DNA of 64,000 nucleotides, from NCBI GenBank assembly GCA_038040455.1, contig JBBPIH010000006.1, positions 47,176 to 111,175 of the forward strand, read 5' to 3'. Position 1 is the stretch's first letter; every line of letters starts with the position of its first letter. This document shows, piece after piece, positions 36,347-45,562 of this stretch. Under the pieces are notes generated by a model. The model had not been told where the DNA came from and ran no database searches. It saw nothing but the letters and a program-made list of their open reading frames with translations. Both the position numbers and the translations under genes were made by a program. The DNA comes from Acidobacteriota bacterium. Its GTDB lineage: Bacteria > Acidobacteriota > Blastocatellia > UBA7656.

Positions 36347-38788
36347 TTACTCGTATCTTAACGCGACCATCGGATCCACTTTTGTCGCGCGGCGCGCCGG
36401 CAGCCAGCAGGCCAATAGCGCAACGAACAACAGCAACACTGCAATCAACGCAAAAGTCACGGGGTCGGTCGCGCTCACGCCGTACAGCAAACTCTTCACA
36501 AGCCGCGCCGCCGCGAGCGAGGCCAGCAAGCCGATTCCCACGCCTGCGAGCGCCATGCTCAGACCTTGGCTTACGACCAGCCGCACCACATCAAGTCTCT
36601 CCGCGCCCAGCGCCATGCGGATACCAATCTCACGCGTGCGCTGACTAACGGTAAACGCCAGCATGCTGTATAGCCCGAGCATGCTCAAAAAGAGTGCCAG
36701 CAACCCGGCATAGGTCAGCACCGCGCTCGTCAGCAGTACGGGCATGTAGACGGCATTCACCTGCTGTGTCAGCGGGACGTCCTCGCTGATCGGGACGTTC
36801 GGGTCTAAAGCCACAATCGCTCGCCGCAAGAGCGGGAGCATTGTCTGCGGCTCGCCGGCAACGCGCACGACGAAACGCGGGTCGATTTGCGGCCTGGTAT
36901 TGTTCTGCAAATACGGCAGGTAAAGAAACGGCTGCGGCGATTCGAGCGCGTTGAGCAATTGCGCATCTTTGCTGACGCCTACCACCTGGTATGGCTGGTC
37001 GCGCAGGATCAAAGCGCGCTCCAGCGCCGAGACTTCCGGCCACAGGCGGCGGGCCAGCGTTTCGTTGATGACTGTCACACGCGGAGCACCTGGACGGTCT
37101 CCCTCGTTGAACTCACGTCCTTCGAGCAACGGGATCTTCAAAGTCTCGCAGAAGCGAGGGGCAATTTCTTGATACTCCACCTGAAGCTGCTCTTCTGCCG
37201 TCAGTCGCGGTTCTTCCGGCAGCCTTACCCGCACTCTTCCGCCACTCTGCCAGGCAAGGCCGTTGCCTTTTGCCAGACTTACCGACTGCACACCTGGAAG
37301 AGCTTCGAGGCGCTCCACCACTTCGCGCGTGAACGCCTGGGCTTTCTCCGGGTTGTAGTTCATCAGAGCCGGTCTCAGACGAAGCGCCGCTACATGTTGT
37401 GGATCGAAGTTTGCGCCACCGCGGACGTGAGACTCACTGCGAACCAGTAAGCCCGCCACGACCAGCAGAGACAGCGAAAGCGCCACCTGTCCGACAACCA
37501 GCGCGCCTCGCAGTCGATGCTGGCGCGGACTCGGTGAGATACCTTCCTTCAAATCGCGAACCAGGTCCTGTCGCGTCGCCTGGAGAGCCGGCAGCAACCC
37601 GAACAACAACCCCGTGAAAAGCGTGAGCGCCAGCGCATAGACCAACCCACGCGGACTCACGCTCAGATCGTAGTAACGCTGCAGGCTGCTATGGTTCGTG
37701 GTGTAGAAGGTTGCCAGTAGGTCCTTGGCCCAGAGCGAGATCAGCAGCCCCAATGCGCCGCCACCGAACGCCAGCAACAGGCTTTCCGTCAAGAACTGCC
37801 GCACCAGCCGAGCGCGCCCGGCGCCTATGCACAACCGGATCGCGATTTCTTTGCGCCGCGCTGCGCCGCGCACCAGCAGCAGACTCGCGACATTGGCACA
37901 CGCGATCAACAACAGCAGACCGGTGACAGCCATCAGCAGTTGCATCTGGTAGCGGAATCCTTCTCGCTCATTCCACCTGACACCAAGAGCGGGCCGAAGC
38001 AAAATTCCGCGTCCCTTTTCTGCAGGAGAGGTCGACCCGAGCTGATCGGATAGCACGCTCAGCTCGGCCTGCGCATCGGCCAACGTTCGACCTGGAGCAA
38101 GCCGGCCGAGGAGCGACAGCGGACGGCAATCCGCTTCGGTGATGGCGTCGCACGACCGGTAACCCAGCCGTAGCATCATCGTCGGAATCCAAAACTCGTT
38201 CGGAAACCCCGCCAACACACCTCGAAAACCTGGCGGTGCGACGCCGATGATCTTGCAGGCGCTGCCGTTGAGGACAAGTTCTTTTCCCAACACCCCTGGA
38301 TCACCGCCGAAGCGTCCCTCCCACATTCGGTGGCTGATCACCACCACCGCGTCACGGTCGGGCACAGCATCCTCCTCAGGCAGAAAGAAGCGCCCCAGGC
38401 GCGGCTGAATTCCAAGCGCGGAAAAATAATTTGCCGAGACGACTGCCCCATTCGCTACCTGCGAATCGCCCTCGGCAAATATGTTCACAGGTGAGGTGGA
38501 GTAATGTGCTACCAAAGCTTCGAACGACTGACAGTGATCCCGGTAATGCACATATGCCGGATAAGCATACCCTTCGTTCCATCGGCCATTGCGCGTGGCT
38601 TCGACGGTCACTAACCGCTCGGGCTCGCGCGCGGGCAAGGGACGTAAGAACATCGTATCGACGAAGCTGAAGATCGTCAGGTTCGCGCCGATGCCCAGCG
38701 CAAGCGTCAGGACGGCGATCAACGTGAAGCCGGGTTGCTTGAGCAGCATTCGCGCGCCGTAACGCAGGTCTTGCCACACAGTATTCAT
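36347..38788 (-). CDS. ADOP-family permease (813 aa)
   Basis: MNTVWQDLRYGARMLLKQPGFT...; C-terminal [15 protein letters not shown]. Its start overlaps the next gene's stop by 4 nt. Confidence 0.9.
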   Translation of the reverse strand: MNTVWQDLRYGARMLLKQPGFTLIAVLTLALGIGANLTIFSFVDTMFLRPLPAREPERLVTVEATRNGRWNEGYAYPAYVHYRDHCQSFEALVAHYSTSPVNIFAEGDSQVANGAVVSANYFSALGIQPRLGRFFLPEEDAVPDRDAVVVISHRMWEGRFGGDPGVLGKELVLNGSACKIIGVAPPGFRGVLAGFPNEFWIPTMMLRLGYRSCDAITEADCRPLSLLGRLAPGRTLADAQAELSVLSDQLGSTSPAEKGRGILLRPALGVRWNEREGFRYQMQLLMAVTGLLLLIACANVASLLLVRGAARRKEIAIRLCIGAGRARLVRQFLTESLLLAFGGGALGLLISLWAKDLLATFYTTNHSSLQRYYDLSVSPRGLVYALALTLFTGLLFGLLPALQATRQDLVRDLKEGISPSPRQHRLRGALVVGQVALSLSLLVVAGLLVRSESHVRGGANFDPQHVAALRLRPALMNYNPEKAQAFTREVVERLEALPGVQSVSLAKGNGLAWQSGGRVRVRLPEEPRLTAEEQLQVEYQEIAPRFCETLKIPLLEGREFNEGDRPGAPRVTVINETLARRLWPEVSALERALILRDQPYQVVGVSKDAQLLNALESPQPFLYLPYLQNNTRPQIDPRFVVRVAGEPQTMLPLLRRAIVALDPNVPISEDVPLTQQVNAVYMPVLLTSAVLTYAGLLALFLSMLGLYSMLAFTVSQRTREIGIRMALGAERLDVVRLVVSQGLSMALAGVGIGLLASLAAARLVKSLLYGVSATDPVTFALIAVLLLFVALLACWLPARRATKVDPMVALRYE

Positions 38789-41289
38789 TGATATCTCAGC
38801 GCCTCCATCGGATCGACCTTCGCTGCTCGTCGCGCTGGAAGATAGTTTGCCAGCAAGGCTACCAGCGCGAGTGTAAGCGGGATCGCTATGAACGTGATCG
38901 CGTCGAGCGGGCTGACACCGTAAAGGAAGCTCGCTAACAATCGAGTCACCACCGCCGCCACGATTAGGCCGGAAGCGACTCCGCCGGCAACAAGCGTCAT
39001 GCCTTCCTTCAATACAAGCCGAAGCACGTTGCCGGTCCCAGCGCCCAGCGCCATTCGTATTCCGATCTCACGCGTCCTCCGAGACACCGAGTACGACATC
39101 ACGCCGTACAATCCGACAGCCGCAAGCAATAACGCCAGCAACCCAAAGATCGCCAGGAGTACCGCGCCCATGCGCGCCGCGAATAGTGATCCTCCAAGCA
39201 CGTCGGTCATCGATTCGACGCTTGTCACGGCGAGGTTCGGTTCGATTTCTTGCACCTCGCGTCGGACGGTAGCGGCGACGCTCGTCGGCTTGCCCTTAGT
39301 GCGCACGTGGAGCGCCATACCGGTTTCGTGGTTTTGGGCCAGCGGTTGATAGACCGTCGGCCTCGGGCTCTCACCAAGAGTGCGGTACTTGCTGTCGCGA
39401 GCGACTCCGACAATTTCAGACCACGGACCCTGCGCTCCTCGAAAACTCACGCGCTTGCCGAGCGGTTCCTGATTGTCGAAGTAGCGGCGGGCGAAAGCTT
39501 CGTTGACGACGACTACGAGAGGCGCGCCGTCTTTGTCTTGCGCGGCGAAGTCGCGGCCGCGAAGTAGCGGGATGCCCAGCGTCTCAAAATACCTCAAGCC
39601 GACAACATTCGCGCTCGCTGTGTTTGGGTTTTCCTGAGGCCCCGTGCCCTCGCTGCGAACGGTGTTCTCCGGCGCTTCCTGCCCTTCAATCTGGAAACTG
39701 GTGCCGCGGCCCGTGCCGCTCAACGGGACGACGCGGGCGAGGCTGGCGGACTCAACCCCGGGCAGCGCTTCAACTCGCTCGACAACCTGACGGTAGAATT
39801 CCTGGCCTTGTACTTTTGTGTAGCGCAACAGATTGATATTGAGCTGGGCATTCAGGACCCTGTCAGCCTCGAAGCCGGGATCGATGTCTTGCGCGTTCTT
39901 TAAGCTTCGCAAGAACAATCCCGCACCTATCAGCAGCACCAGCGACAAAGCGACCTGGGCGACTACAAGAAGATTGCGAAGGTTAAACCGCCGGCGACCC
40001 TGCGCGACCGCGGAGATTTCATCTTTCAGTGCGGGCACAAGGTCCGGCCGCGAGGCTTGCAACGCAGGAAGTAGTCCGAAGATGACTCCTGTCGCAAGCG
40101 ACAACGCGAAAGTAAACGCGAGCACGCGGCCATCCAGGCGGTAGTCCAGGGTGAAGGAAAAAATTCCGGCTGGCGGCGTCGCCGTCTTCAGCAGATCGAT
40201 CGTCCATAACGCCAGCAGCAGTCCGACCACTCCACCTGCCAGCGACAGCATGATGCTCTCGGTCAGCAACTGCCGTACGAGCCGCGAGCGGCTTGCGCCC
40301 ATTGCAAGCCTCACCGCAATTTCTTTTCGCCGCGCAGACGCTCGGGCGAGCAGCAAGTTCGCAACGTTCGCACAAGCGATGAGAAGAACGATAGCGACTA
40401 CGGCCAGCAGGAGTCCGGCCACCGAAATCAGTTGAGTGTAGGCTTGCGGATCAACCTTGCTCACGGGAAACAGCGTGGCGATCGTGTTTCGGTTCTGGTC
40501 TGGATAGGCCTGCTCGAGCCCGGCGGCAAGCTGGGTCATCGCCGCTTGGGCTTGCTCCGGTGTGACGGCGGGCTTGAGGCGACCGATGATGTTCAGCCAT
40601 CGCGAGCCGCGCCGCCCCAGCAAGTCGGGATTCATGTCACCCGAGAATCCGCCGCGCGGAGGACGCACCAACGCCTGCATCATCATCGGAACCCAGATGT
40701 CGTTGTTCTCTAGAATCTCAGGTCCCTTAAAGCCGGCAGGCGCGACACCGATGATCGTGAAGGCGTGCCCGTTCAAGGCTAGTTGCTGTCCGATAACCTT
40801 CGGATCGTTGCCGAATCGCCGCTCCCACAAGCCCTGACTGATCACCGCTACGGGGTGCGTGTTCGGTGTGAGGTCTTCTTCGGGCAAAAAGGTTCGGCCC
40901 AACGCGGCTCGCACGCCGAGCGCATCGAAGAAGTTGCCCGAGACGATCGAGCCGGAGACCAAATCAGTTTGATCATCAGCGCGAGCGCTCATCGTGATGC
41001 CCGAGTAGGTCAGCAGATCGCTGAAGACTTCGTTCTTGTCGCGATAGTCGATGTAGTCGGGATACGAGGAGACGCCCCAGGGGGCGGTGCGCGTGCCGTT
41101 GAAGACGAACATCAGGCGATCAGGTTCGGTCACCGGCAGCGGTCTGAGCAAAGCGGCGTTGACTACGCTGAATATCGAAGTGTTAGCGCCGATGCCCAGC
41201 GCAAGCGAGAGCACGGCCACCGCGGCGAATCCCGGACTCGCGCGCAGAACTCGAAAGCCGTAGCGAAGGTCCTGCCAAAGAGTTTCCAT
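38785..41289 (-). CDS. ADOP-family permease (834 aa)
   Basis: [41 protein letters not shown]...; C-terminal RRAAKVDPMEALRYQ. Confidence 0.9.
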   Translation of the reverse strand: METLWQDLRYGFRVLRASPGFAAVAVLSLALGIGANTSIFSVVNAALLRPLPVTEPDRLMFVFNGTRTAPWGVSSYPDYIDYRDKNEVFSDLLTYSGITMSARADDQTDLVSGSIVSGNFFDALGVRAALGRTFLPEEDLTPNTHPVAVISQGLWERRFGNDPKVIGQQLALNGHAFTIIGVAPAGFKGPEILENNDIWVPMMMQALVRPPRGGFSGDMNPDLLGRRGSRWLNIIGRLKPAVTPEQAQAAMTQLAAGLEQAYPDQNRNTIATLFPVSKVDPQAYTQLISVAGLLLAVVAIVLLIACANVANLLLARASARRKEIAVRLAMGASRSRLVRQLLTESIMLSLAGGVVGLLLALWTIDLLKTATPPAGIFSFTLDYRLDGRVLAFTFALSLATGVIFGLLPALQASRPDLVPALKDEISAVAQGRRRFNLRNLLVVAQVALSLVLLIGAGLFLRSLKNAQDIDPGFEADRVLNAQLNINLLRYTKVQGQEFYRQVVERVEALPGVESASLARVVPLSGTGRGTSFQIEGQEAPENTVRSEGTGPQENPNTASANVVGLRYFETLGIPLLRGRDFAAQDKDGAPLVVVVNEAFARRYFDNQEPLGKRVSFRGAQGPWSEIVGVARDSKYRTLGESPRPTVYQPLAQNHETGMALHVRTKGKPTSVAATVRREVQEIEPNLAVTSVESMTDVLGGSLFAARMGAVLLAIFGLLALLLAAVGLYGVMSYSVSRRTREIGIRMALGAGTGNVLRLVLKEGMTLVAGGVASGLIVAAVVTRLLASFLYGVSPLDAITFIAIPLTLALVALLANYLPARRAAKVDPMEALRYQ

Positions 41290-41305
41290 TATTCCTCCCG
41301 TTATC

Positions 41306-41548
41306 GGTTCAGGGTTCAGGGTTCAGGGTTCCGGGTTCAGGGTTCAGGGTTCAGGGTTCAGGGTTCAGGGTTCAGGGTTCCGAGTTCAGGGTTCAGTATT
41401 CAGCGATTTAAATTGTTCGCCAATCATCGTCAGAGATCCTTTAGACACCTTCACACAATGAGCAATCAACCCTCAACTCGAAACCCGGAACCCGGAACCC
41501 TGAACCCTGAACCCTGAACCCGAAACCCTGAACCCGAAACCCTGAACC
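41306..41548. repeat. expanded heptamer-run palindrome: ~14 tandem GGTTCAG/GGTTCCG units (41306-41405) facing ~11 CCCTGAA/CCCGGAA units (41468-41548)
   Basis: Read directly. This is the largest copy. Confidence 0.8.
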
Positions 41549-43978
41549 CTATTCATATCGCAGCGCCACCAACGGGTCCACCTTCGCCGCTCGCCGCGCC
41601 GGAACGAAGCAGGCTCCCAGAGCCACTCCTGCCAGCAGGATAGAAATTCCCAGGAACGTAATCGGGTCTGTCGCGCTCACGCCGTACAACAGACTAGTCA
41701 TCAGATGAGTCAAGGCAAACGATGCGATTAACCCGACGACGATGCCGATCGCAACTAAAATCATCCCCTGGCCGACAACCATCTTCAAAACATCGCTCGC
41801 CTTCGCCCCGAGCGCCATTCGAATCCCGATTTCAGGCGTGCGCTGTGTGACCGAATAACTCATGACGCCGTATATTCCCGCTGCCGACAAAATCAGTGCG
41901 ATGCTCCCAAAGATGCCAAGCAACACGAGGTTGAATCGCGGTTGCGTCACCGCATCCGTGACGATGTTTTCCATGCTTCGTATCTCAGCCACAGGTTGTT
42001 CTCTATCCACTTCCTGCACAGATTCTCGAACAGCCGCGGCCAGGCTCGCCGGCTCGAGGGCGGTGCGAATGACGAAAGACATCCCTGCAAAAGGGTCCTG
42101 CATGTATGAGGTGTAAATGTCCGGCAACGGTTCAGTGTTCAACTCGATGTTTCGGACATTTGCCACTACGCCGACAATCTCAAACCATATCGGTTGACCG
42201 TTATTTGAACCTCCCATGTTGATTCGCTTGCCGATAGGGTTCTCGCCCGCGAAGTCACGTTCGGCGGCCACTTGATTGATAAGAACAACCAGGGGCACCG
42301 ACACATTGTCGCGTTCAGTGAGGGCGCGGCCTTGCACGATCGGTATGTCCATGGCTCGAAAGTAGTCAGGGCTGACGTTGCGGTAGTTAACTCCGGGCCA
42401 CTGGTCGGGGGGAACCTGCGGACGACCTTCAATTCTGATTCCGGTGGTTGGGCCTTTTGAAAGGGGAAGCGTATTAATCATTCCGACCGAGTCAACGCCT
42501 CCAATAGCGCTTATGCGTTCGATTGCCTGTCTGTAAAAAGAGATATACTGGGCGTCTTCCGTGAATCTCGCGCCCGACGGACTCAGCCTCATGGTCAGCA
42601 CTCGCTGTGAATTGAAGCCTTTATTGACCGATTGCAACTCCAGAAAACTGCGGAACAGCAACCCCGCCCCGATAAGCAACACGAAACAGAGTGCCACTTC
42701 GGACACGACCAGAAGATTCCGAAGCCGGTTGCGCCGACCGCCGCCCGACGTGCCGCGCGAGCTCTCTTTGAGTGATTCGTGAATGTCGGTGGTCGAGACC
42801 TGCAAAGCCGGCGCAAGCCCGAATACAATACCCGTAAGCAATGACACTAAAAGGGTGAAACCAAGCACGGCGTAATCCAGGTTGATGTCCTGAAGCCGCG
42901 GAAAATCTTTCGGCAGCAGCGTTGTCATTACGTCGATGCCCCACAGCGCCAGCAGCAATCCGAGCGCGCCGCCCAACAGCGCGAGCATAGAACTCTCCGT
43001 AAGCAGTTGACGAATTACGCGCAATCGAGACGCGCCCAACGCCGCGCGAATCGCCATCTCCTTTTGACGTGAAGTGGCGCGCGCGAGCAATAAATTCGCC
43101 ACGTTCGCGCACGCTATCAGCAGCACAAAACAGACTGCTCCCAGCAGCAGCCACAACACGTTGCTGGTGTCTCCGACCAGGTAGGTGTGGAGCGAGACAA
43201 CCCTGTTGAAGCGGTTGTTGTTTGTTTCGGGGTACTGCTCTCTGAGGCGCGCAGTTATGACCTCCATTTCGCTCTTCGCTTGCGAAAGCGGCACTCCGGG
43301 TTTGAGCAATCCAACAGTGCTCAAAAAGCCGAAGCCTCGCACTCGGGTGACATCCATCTGGTCATTAATGGCAGGAGCGAGTCTCAGCGGAGGAAGCCAT
43401 ACATCTGTCTTATCGGGATATTGAAAGCCTGCGGGTGCAATGCCTGCGACCGTGTAGCTTTTGCCATCCAGCGTAATTGAGTTGCCGACCAGCTCAACAC
43501 CGCCGAAGCGGCGCTGCCACAATGCATCGCTTATGACGGCAATAGGCGCATGGCCTGCCTGTTCATCGTCGGGAACGAACAAACGCCCTTGCTGCGCCCG
43601 AATGCCGAATATCTCGAAGAAATTTGCCGAAGTGATCGCGAGGTTGATGCGTTCAGCGTCGTTTGCCCCGGCGAGATTCGAGGTGCGAGTGAGGATCGCC
43701 GCGAGATGTTCGAAAACAGTATTCTGAGCCCGCCAGTCCAGGAAATTTGCGGGAGTAACCAGTCTGCGGCTGCCATCTTTGCCGATCTCTTGAATGGCTA
43801 CAATGCGATCAGCGTCGCGATACGGCAATGGACGTAGAAGCACAGCGTTGACTACGCTGAATATAGCGCTGTTTGCGCCTATTCCCAGGGCTAAGGCGAT
43901 GACGGCGACGGCGCTTAAGGCGGAATTGCGTCGCAGCACTCTCAATCCATATCGAACATCCTGCCAAAATGTTTGCAC
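41549..43978 (-). CDS. ADOP-family permease (809 aa; GTG start)
   Basis: [41 protein letters not shown]...; C-terminal RRAAKVDPLVALRYE. Confidence 0.9.
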   Translation of the reverse strand: MQTFWQDVRYGLRVLRRNSALSAVAVIALALGIGANSAIFSVVNAVLLRPLPYRDADRIVAIQEIGKDGSRRLVTPANFLDWRAQNTVFEHLAAILTRTSNLAGANDAERINLAITSANFFEIFGIRAQQGRLFVPDDEQAGHAPIAVISDALWQRRFGGVELVGNSITLDGKSYTVAGIAPAGFQYPDKTDVWLPPLRLAPAINDQMDVTRVRGFGFLSTVGLLKPGVPLSQAKSEMEVITARLREQYPETNNNRFNRVVSLHTYLVGDTSNVLWLLLGAVCFVLLIACANVANLLLARATSRQKEMAIRAALGASRLRVIRQLLTESSMLALLGGALGLLLALWGIDVMTTLLPKDFPRLQDINLDYAVLGFTLLVSLLTGIVFGLAPALQVSTTDIHESLKESSRGTSGGGRRNRLRNLLVVSEVALCFVLLIGAGLLFRSFLELQSVNKGFNSQRVLTMRLSPSGARFTEDAQYISFYRQAIERISAIGGVDSVGMINTLPLSKGPTTGIRIEGRPQVPPDQWPGVNYRNVSPDYFRAMDIPIVQGRALTERDNVSVPLVVLINQVAAERDFAGENPIGKRINMGGSNNGQPIWFEIVGVVANVRNIELNTEPLPDIYTSYMQDPFAGMSFVIRTALEPASLAAAVRESVQEVDREQPVAEIRSMENIVTDAVTQPRFNLVLLGIFGSIALILSAAGIYGVMSYSVTQRTPEIGIRMALGAKASDVLKMVVGQGMILVAIGIVVGLIASFALTHLMTSLLYGVSATDPITFLGISILLAGVALGACFVPARRAAKVDPLVALRYE

Positions 43979-43995
43979 GATTCCTCCTTCGGATA

Positions 43996-44196
43996 AGGGT
44001 TCACGGTTTCGGGTTCAGGGTTCAGGGTTCACGGTTCAGGGTTTCTGGTTTCTGGGTTTCTGGATTTCTGGTTGCGAAACTGCACATCAGAAACCAGAAG
44101 CCAAGTCGAAAACTAGAACCGAAAACCAGAAGCTAGAAACCAGAAACCAGAAACAAAAGAACCCGGAACCCGGAACCCGGAACCCGGAACTCTGAA
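43996..44196. repeat. heptamer-run palindrome, GGTTCAG + GGTTTCT type, with a central gcgaaactgcacatcag
   Basis: Read directly. Confidence 0.75.
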
Positions 44197-44200
44197 CCTC

Positions 44201-45508
44201 TTACTTATCGCTCTTGTCCTTGTCTTTGTGCTCGTCGTCGGCGATCTTCTGGAAACGCTTGAAGCGCGGATCAGATCGGAGGTTATTAAGATCTTCGTCT
44301 CCGTGTATGTAACCCCCGATGTCGAATTCGGCCTTAACAGCCTTATCGAGCCAATCAAACGCCGCATCGCGATGGTTCATCATCGCGTGCGCGCACGCAA
44401 TGTTGTACATAGAAGTCAGCGGCCGATACCCAAACTGAATTGCGCGCTCGAAAGCTTCAATAGCCTTGGTGTGCTCGCTCGAAAAATGGAGCGCGTAGCC
44501 AAGGTTGAACCAGCCACGGCCATTGTTCGGCTCGTTTCGCAGGAATGATTCATATTTCTGGACCGCAGGCGCCCAACGTTGCTTCGAGTACTGCGAGCGC
44601 TCAGATTCATGTCCGCTGAATTGGGAGAGAGAAAGCAGCCCGCTCAACTCTTGGATGTTCTTGAAGCGCGCTTCACCGCGGAGGCTCGCTATATCGGGAT
44701 CGTGTGTAAGCTTGTCGACTTCGTCGAAGCCCGCATTGATCGACTTCTCGAGCCATTCAAGCCCCAGTGCTCGATCGCCCTTGAGCGCGTAGGTGCACGC
44801 AAGATTGTACATGGCAGACGCGCCGCGATAACCGAGGTGCTCGACCGCCTGGGCTAATGCGGTCGCAGCCCGGTCAAAATCGCGAAGCCTGAGTAGCCGC
44901 GAGCCCACTCTGTACCATTCATAACCATCCCGAGAGGACTCTCTCCTAAGCTGCTCGAAATTGCTGATCGCTTCCTCGAGTCTGGAGACGGTTTTATCCT
45001 TGGAGGGATTGTCTGATTTCTTGGTGAACGAAACCTTCTGCAGGATCACCTTGAATCGAGGGTCGGAACGCAGCGGATCAAGGTCCGAATCGTCTTTCAA
45101 AAGGTCGGGCCTGTCGAATCCCACCGCCAGTGACCGCTCGAGCCAGAACAGGGCGTTGTCTTTATCGTTGAGCAACGCGTACCCGCACGCGACATTGTAC
45201 ATACAGGTCGCCTGGCGATAGCGGAGACTAATCGAATGAGTGAAGGCTTCAATCGCTTCGACGTATTGGTCAGATTGATGCAACGCATAGCCGCGACTGA
45301 ACCAATACTCGCCGTCTCGCGTCTCTTTGTCGTCCTCAGTGGTGACCTTGCTCAGTTTCGCATTTTGAACAGATTCGTCTTTCGACTTTTCGGATTTGCG
45401 CTTTGCGTTCGGCTCGTCAGGCCGCGAATAAGCGGTCACCGAGAAGCACAACACCACAGCCAGCGATGCCAACCGGTTCAGACTAACTTTCATCGTCATG
45501 ACCTCCAT
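44201..45508 (-). CDS. secreted tetratricopeptide-repeat protein (435 aa)
   Basis: Signal peptide MKVSLNRLASLAVVLCFSVTAYS. Four or more TPR-like units built on YNxACxYAL...A..WLE.S...GF. Confidence 0.8.
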   Translation of the reverse strand: MEVMTMKVSLNRLASLAVVLCFSVTAYSRPDEPNAKRKSEKSKDESVQNAKLSKVTTEDDKETRDGEYWFSRGYALHQSDQYVEAIEAFTHSISLRYRQATCMYNVACGYALLNDKDNALFWLERSLAVGFDRPDLLKDDSDLDPLRSDPRFKVILQKVSFTKKSDNPSKDKTVSRLEEAISNFEQLRRESSRDGYEWYRVGSRLLRLRDFDRAATALAQAVEHLGYRGASAMYNLACTYALKGDRALGLEWLEKSINAGFDEVDKLTHDPDIASLRGEARFKNIQELSGLLSLSQFSGHESERSQYSKQRWAPAVQKYESFLRNEPNNGRGWFNLGYALHFSSEHTKAIEAFERAIQFGYRPLTSMYNIACAHAMMNHRDAAFDWLDKAVKAEFDIGGYIHGDEDLNNLRSDPRFKRFQKIADDEHKDKDKSDK

Positions 45509-45562
45509 ATCGGTAATTCAAATTTCGTCCGGTGACCCCAACAAGGTTAGCCACCGCTTCCT

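Noticed and set aside
41290-41548. Plus-strand ORF 40783..41517 ending ...NQPSTRNPEPGTLNPEP as a real protein with a repetitive tail
   Set aside because: The tail is simply the translation of the CCCTGAA heptamer arm. The body is antisense to an ADOP gene.
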